Part shown: in pieces, positions 49,074 through 62,298 of the stretch
Layout: each line of letters opens with the position of its first letter
How positions within the stretch are numbered: position 1 is the stretch's first letter
Source of the DNA: Squalus acanthias
Lineage: Eukaryota
Length of the DNA: 64,000 nt
NCBI GenBank assembly: GCA_030390025.1
Contig: JASTWF010000341.1
Location: 374,001-438,000 of the forward strand
Reading direction: 5' to 3'
Notes under the pieces: model-generated
What the model saw: only the letters and a program-made list of their open reading frames with translations
What the model was told of the DNA's origin: nothing
Database searches by the model: none
Program-made: the position numbers and the translations under genes

Positions 49074-51544
49074 TAGTTTCTTTGGTTTGCTAGAATTTCA
49101 GTTGCTACACTTAATCAGTTCAGAGCTTGACATCAAAAATGTGCCAAATTAGATATCAGAGAGAAGTAGTTCACAGATGTGCTGTCTGAAGTAGATTATT
49201 GAAGTGCTGATTCCCAAGAAATTATTCCCTGTAGTTTGTTACAACCTTTAAAGTAATAGCTAGAGGAAATATCCTTTAAAATAGTAATAAATCTAATTTA
49301 AATTTGCTTTGAGTACTTACTTGACCACTTTGGTTTGGCTTTCTTGTAACAAGAACTGGTAGTTATCCAAAATTTTATGTTGCTATGAAACAAAAGTCAA
49401 AGCACTTTATTAAAATCATGTTTTTTCCGTTGTTGCGGTCCAACTTCGAGCATAGAGCTGTGATTTGGGCATATGCTGTACATAATGCTCCATTATTTAA
49501 ATACAAGATTTTATAACTAAAGTAAGTAGCCTGTATGTCAGTCTTCCATTCCATATGTTCCCCATCTATTAACATCTAATTATATAAGTTTTGCTTTACT
49601 TCTAATAGATTCTCTGCACAATCAAACCTTTCTGCTGTCCCTTCGAAGCAGATTCATTTCACATGTTCCCTGTGGTATGACTCTGTTGGGTTACAGTAAT
49701 GCTTGTTGCTGTTGGTTTTCCAGCAGTGTTGTGAAATAATTGCTAATTCAGTTAACCAAATTTGCTGATATTGATTGTAAACTAATGTTACATTTATTAA
49801 CTTACAGCATACAATGTCAGATGATGCATGTGAAAGAGAAGCTTTAAGTTTGGAACAGTGGCAGTGTTTTTCTTTTGTGATACTTATTTGGCAGGAGGAT
49901 AAATTGGTGCAAAAACACAAATGTCAGCTTACTGGGTATTTTGGTGTGTTGATTTCAGAAAAATTATCAAAAACTCTTGATAAAAGGACATTTTGCTCTT
50001 TTTTAACATTAGAAACTTAAAGATAACCAAGAGAATCATCTAGGTTCTTTTTTACCTTGCACATTAAAATTTGCTTTGCACTGGCTCCAGCAACTGCAAC
50101 TAGCGCAAAGCTGAAGCAGTGTGAAACTGGCTCCAAGACTGATGTCATGTTTGACTGAAAAAGCCAAATAAACTCCTTTTGAGCTGTAGATATACTGCTC
50201 ATCTTGCATCACTGGGATTTTAAAACTGTTGTGCAATGCAAGATAGCTGCTGTTCCTTGATTTTATTTCTTTGACTGCAACTGATATAAAACCATTTCAA
50301 TTTGAAATCCACATAAGACAGTGTTTTTTTTTAATTCAATGCTATATAATGCATAATAAATGTAGTTGCAAGTAGTAGTACAGAATGGTGGGTAGTGAGC
50401 AAAGAATATACTGGGTCAGGCAAGTACATCACTCTGCAGTTGTAAGATACAGCACCAGATATGATAACTCACAGCCACTGTCACACATTGCTCATTCCAG
50501 AGAGAGAAGCAATCATGCAACAATGTATTCCACCAAATAACCACAGTAATTAAATTGGGATTAGTACATCATTTTTATTTGTTTACTGCATGTAAACAAT
50601 GTAGAAAGCAGTATAGGAATACTGTTTTGTTGTGGTGCCATGTACAGCTCTCATTGAAAAACATTCTGCTGTCATATGTTCCACATTTTCCATTTCCTTT
50701 TCTTATATATATGTTCTAAAAATATTTATATGTTCTTGTGGCTCTTGTGCAATCAACTTATTTAACCAGAAATTCCTTTTTAGTACTGACAAGTATATAT
50801 TTTTTTGTAGATGTATTGATCTTGTGAACATATGTGCACAAATTAGATGGCCTCATCAAAACAATAATTTACAGAACATAAAATGAATGTGTAAAAACTT
50901 GCATATGGCCACAAACTTTTTTCAAATTTTATTAAGGGTCTGGAAGCTCTTTTTAATTGAGAAGGCAGGTAAATGGGTCGTAACAATTAGTGAATTCTTA
51001 AATGATAATCTTACAGGGCAAGACAATTGAAGCTATTCTTTCACTATAAAATAAGCTTGCCAATCTGAATGGCACCATCGAAGACAGAGAAAATGGGTTA
51101 GACAAAGCATTCTTCCCTTGTGACTCCAGGCAGCTCAATCTAGGAATGCAAATGCCTGAGTCCAACGAGATATGAAAAGGTTGGATTGTCCCAGCCTTCC
51201 AGACAGAAGTATAGCATGGGTGCTCAGTTAAAAGGAAGTCAGAATTCCAAAAATTTGCTAAATTGAACTTTTAAAAGAATGCAGTCTTCAATATACCTTT
51301 TCCAACTAGATATTTGTAAATTATCTATCTGCTAGGTTTCTTTACACTTTTTTTAATGTTTGGAACTAAATCTTCTAGTTTCTCATTTTAAGAAATGTCA
51401 ACATTTTTAGTGTAGCTTTTTGCTAATTAGTTGTGTAGATTAAAAAGTTCCATCTAAACACCACCCCATCCACATAAGTAGCTTCATTCTTTCATGTACT
51501 GCTGCCAATAGAAACACTAGCATGGAAAAACAGTTGCATTTTCA

Positions 51545-51793
51545 ACAACAACTTGTATTTAGTAAAATGTCCAAAGGTGCTTCATTAGAATGTTACAAAA
51601 CAATATTTGACACCGAGCCACGTAAGGAGATATTAGGGCAGATGACCAAAAGCTTGGTCAAAGATGTAGGTTTTAAGGAGCGTCTTAAAGGAGAAAAGAG
51701 AGGTTGAGAGGCGGAGAGGTTTAGGGAGGGAATTCCAGAGCTTAGGGCCTTGGCAGCTGAAGGCACAGCCACCGATGGTGGAGCAATTAAAAT
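51545..51793 (-). mobile_element. L2 LINE 3' end fragment
   Basis: Matches 12345-12610 (gacaccgagccac..gaccaaaagcttggtcaaaga..ggttttaaggagcgtcttaaagg). Confidence 0.85.
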
Positions 51794-52639
51794 CGTTTCA
51801 CAGGACTGTCAAAATTACTTCTGGTCAGCATCTAGATCACATTTTTGGACAAATGTTGCCTTCACCGATTTTCAGTGTGCTTTGCCCTCATTCCTAGATT
51901 GCTGTGCTTTGTTTTTTAATATCTTGTTACAAGAAAACCTATGGGCCATTGTTACATTTCAGATCATAAACAATAAAGACCACTCCTGTGCATCTTCAGA
52001 TGGTTTGCAGATGTGTTTTCTTTTTTGTATAATGTCTGTTTCTGTTGTAGCTTGTGACCACATTTTTCAAAGAATATACATAAAATATGTAATGAATTTG
52101 GCAAGAAAAAATTTGACAGACTTTTGCACATGTTCCAGTATTGCCCCTGCACATATATATCGTTTAAAAACATGTAACAAGACAAATTATTTTCTGTTTG
52201 AATTCTTCAAAGACCATTATAATTTCACACAAAACTATATAGGTTAACTATTTGATCAGAATGGTCAGCATATTCCTTTTTTGACTGGCTGTTGAGAGTA
52301 TATTCAAAACATATTGAGGAAGCCCTGCCCAAAATTCCAGTAATAACCTGACCAAACCAGTTGATATATTGGACAGATACTAAATAAAATTTGGTACAGA
52401 GCATCTTTTATGCAGCAGCAATCTTATAATGCACGACAAATCTGCCTCAAGACAAATAATAGCATACTGGCCTATAAACACTCTCTAACATCCAGCCTTC
52501 ATTTTTGTGCTACACACAAACAGAAATACTTCATAAAATATTTGATATTTTTGGAGATAACACCTCCACTTTATTATTTTATATGTTTTTAGGAATAGGA
52601 TTTTCTTCCCCAGGTGAGGATGTCAGTGTTTGTGTATGA

Positions 52640-53045
52640 TGCACCTTTTGCAGTTTTGTCATTTCGTGTCATGGTCAAGAAATCCCATAACAGGCACAGC
52701 ATTAACCAGATGCAGAGCAATGCTTTCCCCTGCTGTGCTCTTAACAGAAGTCAACTCCAACCACAGAAGATCATCCCCACTATATCAGTGTGACAATTCC
52801 ATTATCTTTATGGGTTCTCGGAGTGAGACGGCCAATTTGTATCCATTTACAGACAGTTTTGTCATGTGAATATATTCAGCAACTAGGAACTGGTCTGAAA
52901 CTGCCCAAATACATTTCATACAGAACCTTTACAGCTGTCAAAGAAAGAAAACTTTTCTATTATCAGCCAGGGCTAAATCTAACCAAGGTCCTAGAGGTGA
53001 AATGACAATGTGCTAAACTCTACTCATTACTCAATTCTCCTGCCT
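52640..53045 (-). mobile_element. LF-SINE-like ancient SINE
   Basis: On -, the collinear blocks tttcacctctagg, tgacagctgt, tgaaatg, cagaccagttcctagt, cacatgacaaaa, ttggccgtctca and tgctgtgcctgtt resemble the LF-SINE consensus as recalled. Confidence 0.62.
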
Positions 53046-53715
53046 CCACTTTCTTTTGTTGTTTTTAGTACTTCATGTAAAAGAATCAAATTACTGCTCC
53101 TAAAACTGCAACCTAAAAGAACACTGAACGTTCTGGAAATTACATTTCCAGTTAGCTTTCAGGGTTGCTGAAATACATTGCACTACAGTAAAATCATCCA
53201 AATATTTCCATTCTTCCAGTAACCAGTAGGGTCAGTTTCAAGAGACACCTGGGCTTGTTAAGTGTTATATGCTGGCATAACAGCATGTTGCAGACAAATT
53301 TTCTTTATAAAAAAACCCTTGCAACATGAACATTCTACATGACCAGTCAGTACGGTGTAATCACTAGCAAAGTCTTCCAAGGCATCAACTCTATCCTCTC
53401 AGTTAAAGAGCTGCAGTTAAACATGACCAAACCTCCTACTGACATGTCAGTCCTCAAATGTTTGGCAAATTAGGAAAATGTATCTTTCCATTCAAATATT
53501 TTTCCTGTTTATTTATCAGATTTATTTTTGCAGTCATTGTACCTTCTACAGACAAACATGGGGTAACGATGCATTTGATTCCTTAGAGGGAAAATAACAA
53601 TTGTAGGAAAAAGTGTGTGATTATAAAAGGTTTATGCCAAAAAGAAAATCTATTCTTCTTAGTTCAGTATTGTCTATGAAATAGTGCATCATATTTTTTT
53701 CTCTTTAAATTATAG

Positions 53716-53821
53716 GACAGCAATCAGAGACAATGTGGAGATGATAAAACTACAGAAACAGCTTGTGGATAAAGCAGCTGCACTTACCGTCTTGGAGGGG
53801 AAATTTTTGCAAATTCAAGGG
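53716..53821 (+). CDS. RPGRIP1L: RPGRIP1L coding exon 6
   Basis: ttatag|G ACA...CAAGGG|gtaaga, 106 nt; [35 protein letters not shown]. Confidence 0.96.
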
Positions 53822-54249
53822 GTAAGAGTTCAAGAGTCATTGGCAACACAGCTGTTCCCAAAACGTAATCTGTTTCTTAAGCGACGTTACGTATATATTA
53901 GAGGAACAAAAAAAAGACTTTGAAAGCTCATTGCAAATTTATTGAAAAAATACTTCTAGTATATTAACATTATATGAAATCTAGAAGATAGGAATGAGGA
54001 AATGCCATATAGCCCATCCAACTAACTTCCACCATTAGGATCCATGTACAAGGTCCATGCTGACCATTTAATTTCCCTGCTCCCCCCTGTACCAAGCACA
54101 TGGGCCTGCAACCCTATATTCACTGCTAAATTAGGAATTTGTTTGCCATTTCACTACTTTTATTGAGTGCATTCCCTGCACAATGTGGTTGTTTATTTCA
54201 TAACGTAGAGATGCTACATGTGAAGAAGTAGCTTTTTCATTTATTACCT

Positions 54250-54460
54250 GGAATTTTCTTCTCTGGCAGCAATGCTTCCAGAAGTGTGGCTGACGAGATT
54301 GCGCAAATCTCCCCTGATGCCCTCTCCACGAGGGTCCACCACCTGCTCCCTTGACCCTATTCCCACGAAACTGTTGACCACCCAACTTTTCTCCTGCCCC
54401 CATGTTAGCTGACATTGTAAGTGATTCACTCTCCTCAGGTACTGAACTACTTCCCTTTCA
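54250..54460 (+). mobile_element. L2 ORF2 internal fragment
   Basis: STTCSLDPIPTKLLTTQL...PMLADIV, the L2 'C.LDPIPT' motif. Confidence 0.65.
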
Positions 54461-54811
54461 AAACTTGTTTTTTTTTTATTGATTTTTAAAAAGATTGAAT
54501 TTTTCAGCAGTTTCTGGATAAAGAAGGTTGGGGTCCCAGTTCTTTCCTCAGCTGCTGAAACTTTTATAACATTGATTTCATGCTAGAATTGAATGCATTC
54601 TCTTTTATTTGAGCATCCTATGCAAAAGAAAATGCAAAATTTAGGAGAAAGAAACACTATTTTTTGTTTTGTGCCTCAGGTGGAAGGTATTCATTAACAG
54701 TACATGCAAAATATCTAACTTCATTAATTGTAAGGTAAACTGTGCATGTGTACAGACTAAGTTTGTAATGTACAATGACTATGCTGTTATTGAAGATGTA
54801 TTGTCTTACAG

Positions 54812-54958
54812 AACCAGAGAACCATGAAAGCCAGTCATGATGCTTTAATGAATAAAGTTGATGAACTGAATGCACAGCTGAAAGAAGAACGTTCTAAGTG
54901 CCTTTGTCTTGAAAACCAGCTATATTCAACCTCGTTTTCTCAAAAAGCAACTGAAGAG
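54812..54958 (+). CDS. RPGRIP1L: RPGRIP1L coding exon 7
   Basis: ttacag|AAC...GAAGAG|gtaggg, 147 nt; NQRTMKASHDALMNKVDELNAQLKEERSKCLCLENQLYSTSFSQKATEE. Confidence 0.96.
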
Positions 54959-55621
54959 GTAGGGTTTTTTTTTGCTTTTTTTCATTGAAAATAAATATTA
55001 CTAGTCAGAAGATAGTGAGCATTATGTGAAATAATGGATATTGAGGAAGACATTACAAGGGTCTAATTCATTCTCTGGATTCAAACAACGTCTTAAACCA
55101 CAAGAACAAAGTTAAAGTGGTTCGTAACCATAATCCAAACCTAGAAATTGGAGCACAGCTTTTAATTCCCCCTCTATTATTTGATATTTTATAGAGTCAG
55201 AATCTGGTAAATCACATAGTTGGGTCACTTTGAAAATCTAATCTGATGGGGCATTGATTTTATCAATTTTGTCCAATGTAGAACCATTTCATTCCCATCT
55301 CTGGTTTTAATACAACTGCTTTGGACACAATAGGGCGGCATGTTGAAAACTGTCTCTCAAACTTCTACTATATTTTCCAAATCACTCAGAGCGACTTCAT
55401 GGGAAATCCACCATAAACTAATTTCATGAAAAGTAGATCACTCTACAAAACTGTAATTGTACAAGAAAGGTCTACAAATGGAGCCTCAAAGGGGTAAAAA
55501 AATTAAAGTGAGAGAAACGCAAAATATGGCAGTAGTAATAGAAGTGTACAGGATTGAATTCAGTTTTCCTGTCTAATTAATGTTGTGTTGCTTTGTAATT
55601 CATTTCCTTTTTTTTGATCAG

Positions 55622-55695
55622 CTGCAAGAGAGAGTCAAAGATTTACAAAAGGAAAGAGATCTTTTGAAGGAAAATTATGACAAATTATATAACAG
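55622..55695 (+). CDS. RPGRIP1L: RPGRIP1L coding exon 8
   Basis: tttgatcag|CTG...AACAG|gtaccc, 74 nt; [24 protein letters not shown](S). Confidence 0.96.
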
Positions 55696-55914
55696 GTACC
55701 CCATTGTACAGTTTTAATTCCTTTCATGTATTATTTATCTTGTTTTCATGAATATGGTGTGTGTCCAAACATACCTTTGTTGAACCCTTTCCCTGGTACT
55801 TATATGTTCAGTTTCACTTAATAGCACAAGGTTCAGTTATATCACTGTGTTGCTACTATTTCTGTACACATTTCTGTCATTTGTAATATCTGGTTTAATA
55901 TATCTGTTGACTGT

Positions 55915-56088
55915 GGCTCTGAATTGCCACTCCATGTTGGGTTCTTCCAGACTCCCGCCATAACTCTGTTGAGAATCCTCAGGGAAACGGGATAAACGGC
56001 CTTTTACACTGATTCTTCTGGGGGTTCCATTAGTCTCCAGCACAATTATGGCACGGGACTGGTAGAACCTCCATGGAATTTCAGGGCC
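55915..56088. mobile_element. Short palindromic MITE (same family as 12025 and 23183)
   Basis: ggctctgaattgcca ... tggaatttcagggcc inverted ends; ctcccgccataact is shared with about 23206. Confidence 0.55.
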
Positions 56089-56099
56089 TGTGTATTTAC

Positions 56100-56795
56100 T
56101 ATTCTCTAAAGTCACTAAATGTTCGTGCACAAGTACAAAAATCAATCAAAAAGGCGAATGGAATGCCTTCCTTTATTTCAAGGGTGTTGAGTACAAAAGT
56201 GAGGAAGTGATGCTTCAGTTCTCCAGAGCCTTAATCAGATCCCATCTGGAGTACTGCGTTCAGTTTTGGGCACCGCACCTCAGGAAAGATATATTGGCTT
56301 TGAAGGAGGTGCAGTGCAGATGCACCAGAATTATACCAGGCCTTAAAGGGTTAAATTATGTGGACAGGTTGCATAAACTTGGTTTGTATTCCTTCAAGTT
56401 TAGTAGGTTGAGGGGGTGATCTAATTGAGGTGTTTAAAATGATAAAAGGATTCGATAGGGTAGATATAGAAACACTATATCCTCTAGTGGGAGAATCCAG
56501 AACAAGGGGACATATTCTTAAAGTTAGAACTCGGCCATTTAGGAGTGAAATCAGGAAGCATTTTTTTACACAAAGTGTAGTAGAAATCTGGAACTCTCTC
56601 CCCCATAAGTCTGTGGATACTGGGCCAATTGAAAATTTCAAGACTAACATCAATAGATTTTTGCTAGGTAAGGGTATCAAGTGATATGGAGAAAAGGCAG
56701 GTAAACGGAATTGAGGTACAAAGCAGCCATGATCTATTAGAATGGCAGAACCAGCTAAATGGCCTACTCCTGTTCCTATGCTCCCATGTTCCTAT
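56100..56795 (+). mobile_element. CR1 LINE 3' fragment
   Basis: GVEYKSEEVMLQ..RALIRSHLEYCVQFWAP, FFTQSVVEIWNSLP; tail cctgttcctatg..atgttcctat. Confidence 0.9.
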
Positions 56796-58950
56796 TAATA
56801 CTCTCCCAGTTATTCCCCTTCCCCTCTTTACTGCTGTCATCCAGTGACTACGCCTTCTCTTCCAGGAATGAAGGTAATGATGTCTGGGTTGTGAGATTCT
56901 CCATAGCTACCCTCCATAATGCTTCATGATCACTAAGCAGGAGGTGTGCTGTGAAACTGGTCATGGCAATCATTCCCTCAGTGATATCTGGTGGTCTGGA
57001 TGCAAAAAGGCAAAACCTGACATTAGACAAATTCAAATCAGAACTATGGGACTTTAAACTGGGGCTAGCATTTGAATGCTCTACCACAAAAACGACAGGC
57101 CACTGTCAAACATCAATAAAAACTGAGTTAAGTGAGAAATTTATACATAATTTTTGAACTCATGCAATTTTTATACTTCTAAATGCAGTTGTAACATCAC
57201 AAAGCCATTTGTTCTAAGATTGCAATGTTTTAGATAATGTTGCAAATTCTTGCTTATTTCATATTGCACACCATTTAGTACTAAATGTAAGGATTTGTGC
57301 AGTTGAACCATTTATAGGTTTTAGTACACACAGATTAGCTTTGTACCTTTTTAAAATAAGTGGAAGTGTCAAAGCAAACTAAGCTCTTTTAGTTAAAAGA
57401 CAATTTAACTATATTTTAAAATATTTTTAAACCTTCTATGCATAAACAAAACCATTTCCTTTGTTCTGAATCACGTACTGCTGACAGTTGCCAAAATATA
57501 CCTTGTACAATTGCATTTTACACACCACCAGGGGAATGTCATTGTGCTCCTTTCCCACAATGCATTATGAGGGAGATAGTTTGCACGACATAATGTTTAA
57601 CAAAATTTTAGCTCTTGATGGAAAATGACAAATGTGTCATATTTGTAGTCAGAATTCTGTGGATAGTTATAGCTACAAAGCTCAAGACAACCACAATAAT
57701 CCAGAATGTAGCAAAAGAGAGAACAAAAATGGACTCTCCCGTGGATGAGAATTTCAGTTACAGGCTGAATGAAGTTCACTGTAACATAGCAGCATATAAT
57801 TCAGAATACTTGCTCAAACATTTTGTTTGCAAGTAAACTTTAAAACTATGTACCCTTCTTGACTGGAGTACAGTTCTCCTTTAATTTTAATATAAAATGA
57901 TTTACTTGGTTTTTGCCAGTTGAAACCACTTACACAGTTAAGAAGGGACTTATCCATGAATTGTTGCTTTCAGAGACTGAAATTTTTGTGGTGCTTACTG
58001 TTGCATCTGTGTGCTCTTCTAAACCTCATTTTTCTGTTTTTCTCATGATGGAGTCTATGTCCAAAAGCATAATTTAATTTTCAACTTTCTTAATTGGTCT
58101 CCCTATCTCATGTTAAATGGTATCACACTGATTTTTCTCATTCAAGTAACTCATTGATGCAGGAGAGGGGATATTTTTAAAAAAATTCTACTTCTCATTA
58201 ATCATTCCTACTGATTAATATAACTCCTTTAAATATATATATATAGTTTTGTACTTGTGCTCCCTTTGATCATTTCTAGTTTCCTATTTAACTCCTCTGT
58301 AGAAGCACCTTTTTCTTTCTAAGTGCATGCCATAAAACAGTTTCCTTTAAACAATACTCCTTGGTTTCTGCCATCTTTCTTAGTGGGACAAATGGCCACA
58401 TTGTACATGCACAATAATCATTCTATGGGCCACAACGTTTCAGGCATAACAAACACTAGTGCTTTGTGGTTTCATTTCCTTTCAACCAACAGCTGGTTTT
58501 TAGTACTGCATCCTCCACAAGCCCCTAAAAAGAGATCAGGTGGGTAGTTTGGGTTATTTATATTGAGGGAATATTGGGGTTTGTATGCGGAAAGATTGGT
58601 TTTGTCCGTCCCCTGTTGCTGGATAATTTGGATCTATGTATGCCACTGGAGTATGTAGCTGAATTCCTTTCCTTGTCCCACAGATCCAAGTGATGCCAGG
58701 TTTTTTCTGGCTATGGATCTCTAAATTAAGGCCAGTGCCTTTGCTCATCCCACAAACCCTTTCATGTGATTTAACCGCAGCCTGAGCAAGGCGCCTTGGT
58801 TTCAACAGCAGCAGACCAGCATATGTTTGCTTAATTCCTGAGACATGATGACAGCAGTCTCTGTGCCACTAAGGCTTTTTTGTTTAAATTATTATTCTCT
58901 GTGGAGGATTACTTCCAATAGTTCTTCACATGCCACATGTTTGGTTACAG

Positions 58951-59090
58951 TGCTTTCGACATGACCCACGAACAACAGTGGAAGTTGAAGGAACAGCAGC
59001 TGAAACTACAGATTGCACAGCTCGAGACCGCACTAAAATCCGACCTGGCTGACAAAAATGACATCTTGGACAAAATAAAACTAGAAAGAG
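58951..59090 (+). CDS. RPGRIP1L: RPGRIP1L coding exon 9 (gene continues beyond the window)
   Basis: ttacag|T GCT TTC...GAAAGAG|gtatct, 140 nt; [46 protein letters not shown]. Confidence 0.97.
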
Positions 59091-60541
59091 GTATCTTGGC
59101 TTGTAAAATAAATGAAGCCTGCAGAATCTGCATTCATGAATACATACCACAATGGTGATTAAATTTCAGGGTTTTTTTTGCTTACATCTGCTTGGCATCG
59201 TAAATAATTTCAATTGCAGCAGTAATGCAAACTATATGTGAGCGGGTGGTACACTATGGGATCATAGTATGCAGTTCATTATAAGAATAAATTTTCATAA
59301 AACTTACAATTCCTACACCAGCTAATTTCTTAGACACAAATTTGAGTGGCTCGACTTTCCTTCCATTTTTCTGCCCTTCATTTTTACAGGTAGTGATTTA
59401 TGCAGGTGTATGGTACCATGGGTGCTAGCTGCCCTGTGCAGGGGCAGTGTTAGGACCATGCAACCCGTGCATTTGCATGGGGCCCCCGAGCCGATCAGAG
59501 GCCCCAAGCAGATCCACTGAAAGGACACCTATGAAATGGTAATAGCTGATCCCTGGTCATTTCCTCAAGTATTTTTATATGACCTATTGCAAGCATACCT
59601 TTTCACGATCGTACGTATGTGGATTCAGACACAAGATTAAGTAGGTAGTATTTAGTATCATTGTCTATTAAAATGTATAGCGCCCCCACAAGGCAAATGC
59701 CGCTCTTGATCCTGTGGTATTTCAATCAAGTATCTGTTCTTCACATGTAAGCTTAGGCAGGGAGTGTCAGCTTGCTGTTGGATTATGGTGAGGTGTGGGT
59801 CATCACAGCCCAGCCTGATGCTGTTCTTAATGGTTGTCTGCACAAATGTTATTCAGCAAGTGTGACAAGTCATAATCAGGCATTCCGTTGACTTAACTTT
59901 CTGTCTATTTTGTAACTTGCACATTCATTCTTATATAATTACAAACCATTTTAATTTTCATCCCAAACAGCTTCTGACTGTCGGTACTTCACAATCTTTA
60001 TGTAGAACCATTTCTTTATTGATAATTAAGGAGCACCAGACATTTTGTGGCAAAAATGTTTGATGGTAAAATTGCTGGCCTCAAATTGGTAAACATTTTG
60101 AATTGTGAAAAGGGGGCCTGTGGTTTTAAAATGTATTACTTAAGTACTCTTTTGAATAATACAAATGATCGGTGACATTAAAAACCATATTTAATTTTCT
60201 TTTTTAAATGTTACCCGTCATTTTCACCCCAACTATGCCACTTACTAAATTGAAAAAATTTGCACAGTTGAAAGTCAATTACAGCCAGGCAAATGGTGGC
60301 GTGGGTCTTTGTTGGTCTTTCAGTTCACGAGATGGGCATCTGCTACGAGCACAACATAAAGTGCTGGCTTATAACAGGGCAGTGCTTCATCCAGTAGCCT
60401 GGTCAAGAGTTGACAGAGCTCACCAAAGTTTAATTAAGTTTGAGTGATGAGCAGGCCTAGGACTAGAAATTGTGACTTTCTAGTTAGGAGCCAGCTGCAC
60501 CAATTGTGACAAGCTTGAGATGCCAGACTGCTCCAAAAACC

Positions 60542-62298
60542 TATTAGATTTAATAACATCTATCATGGTTCTTTCTCCTCAATCATTAAAAGCTTTTATG
60601 TAAAATGTATCAAATAGGTAATTCCTTCATATGGGTCATATTTTGTTTTGTTTCTTGTTAGGGGGCAAGGTCACACCAAATTATTGGGTTAGAAGTCTTG
60701 TCTTTTTCATGGGTTTTAGTGATCCATTGGTGAAATGGAAATTATTTTGTTCCTTAGCATAGTCAATCCCTCACCCTGATGAACAAATTAACACAAAATA
60801 AACAATTAACATTTTCTATTTACTTTTACATGGCTTGTTTTGTGCATTGTAATTGGTTACAGTGATGGCACTCCTAGTGGTTCACAAGAGTACTACAGAT
60901 CTATTGATTGGATTGCATTAATTTAAAATAGTAATGAAAACAGCTACAAAGATTGGCTTCGAACTGGCAAAATTACTTGTTTATTATCCACAGCCATTAT
61001 CATGTATAAGTCTAGGCAGGACCTCTCAGCCATTTTTTACTATTTTTTTATGAGTTGTACCCTTACTTTTAAGTGTGTTATATGAAATGATATTGGTGTA
61101 AAGTTTGAGTGTGTAACTCGCTCCTCTGCCCTTGGAAAGTTTAATAATAGGAATTAAGTATAGATATGCTTTGCTTTTTCTTGTAGCAATACCATTAGTC
61201 TCTAGTTTGTATCCACTTATCCCTGTTCTTTTCCAAATAAAATATGTCCTGGGAAAATATTAGGTTCATCACTGAGATTTAGGTTGTAAAATCAAAAATA
61301 ATTTACTCTGTCACATAAATTGCAATTTAATTGGTGCAGATGGTAAAGTATACCAAAATATACGGTGTAAAATTAAGTTAAATTACGCTCCCTTTTTTGG
61401 AAAGCTGCCATTAAAAAAGGTTTAAAAGACATCCATGTTATCTTTATCCCATTTTAAAGCATATTTATTGCTATATTGGCTTTTGGAGTCTGCATAACAT
61501 GGCAAAAACATCATATTGAATCCTCTATCCTGATAAAAAGATGTTGCATAAGCAAGCAATATGTGCTTAATAGTTAAAATTGAACAGAAATATATTTAAG
61601 GTATAAAGATGTCATAACAAAATAAAATAGGTTAAAAATCTAACTATTCTGTAGTCCTTTTTGCAAATAAAATATCCACAGCCTGATAGTATGAAAATTG
61701 TAATTATTTATTATATTTTATAAAAATTGACATTTTAGACGGGGTGACTAAAATGGTTCTAAAGCACATAGTCAGCTTGTATTTGTGAGACCAGAATGGA
61801 ACCCGAGCAAACTTAGCATATCAGAGGACCTGTAAGCATAACGAAGTATCATAATCACTCCAACCAAAACTCAGTCCTCCAAACAGAGATTAAAAATTTA
61901 AATTGTAGCAAATGTAGTTTGTTCATTAAGAGGTAGTTAAACTGACATGCATACTGAAATATCTACAAGCTTTAGCAAACCTCTTCTTCAAGTGGTCACT
62001 TTGGAGAGCGTCCTTTTTGCTTATGTGTAATACTGTAAACAGTCACCTAGTAATAGTAGTGACCTTAGCACTATCTGAACAAAAGTGAAATCAAAAACAT
62101 TAAAGGAAACCATAATACTTGGCCATCAGTTTCAGAGCGTGAAAAACAATTTTTGCCCCAAAACATACACAGTATAATATTCTGACGTGAATCAGAAACG
62201 TATTAGATTTATTAACATCTACCATGGTTCTTTCTCCTCAAACGCTAAAAGTTATGATGTAAAATGTATCAAATAGGCAATTCTTTCATAATGGCCAT
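60542..62298 (+). repeat. Direct repeat pair of about 97 bp (60542-60638 and 62201-62298)
   Basis: tattagattta.taacatcta.catggttctttctcctcaa...atgtaaaatgtatcaaatagg.aattc.ttcata occurs twice. Confidence 0.88.
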
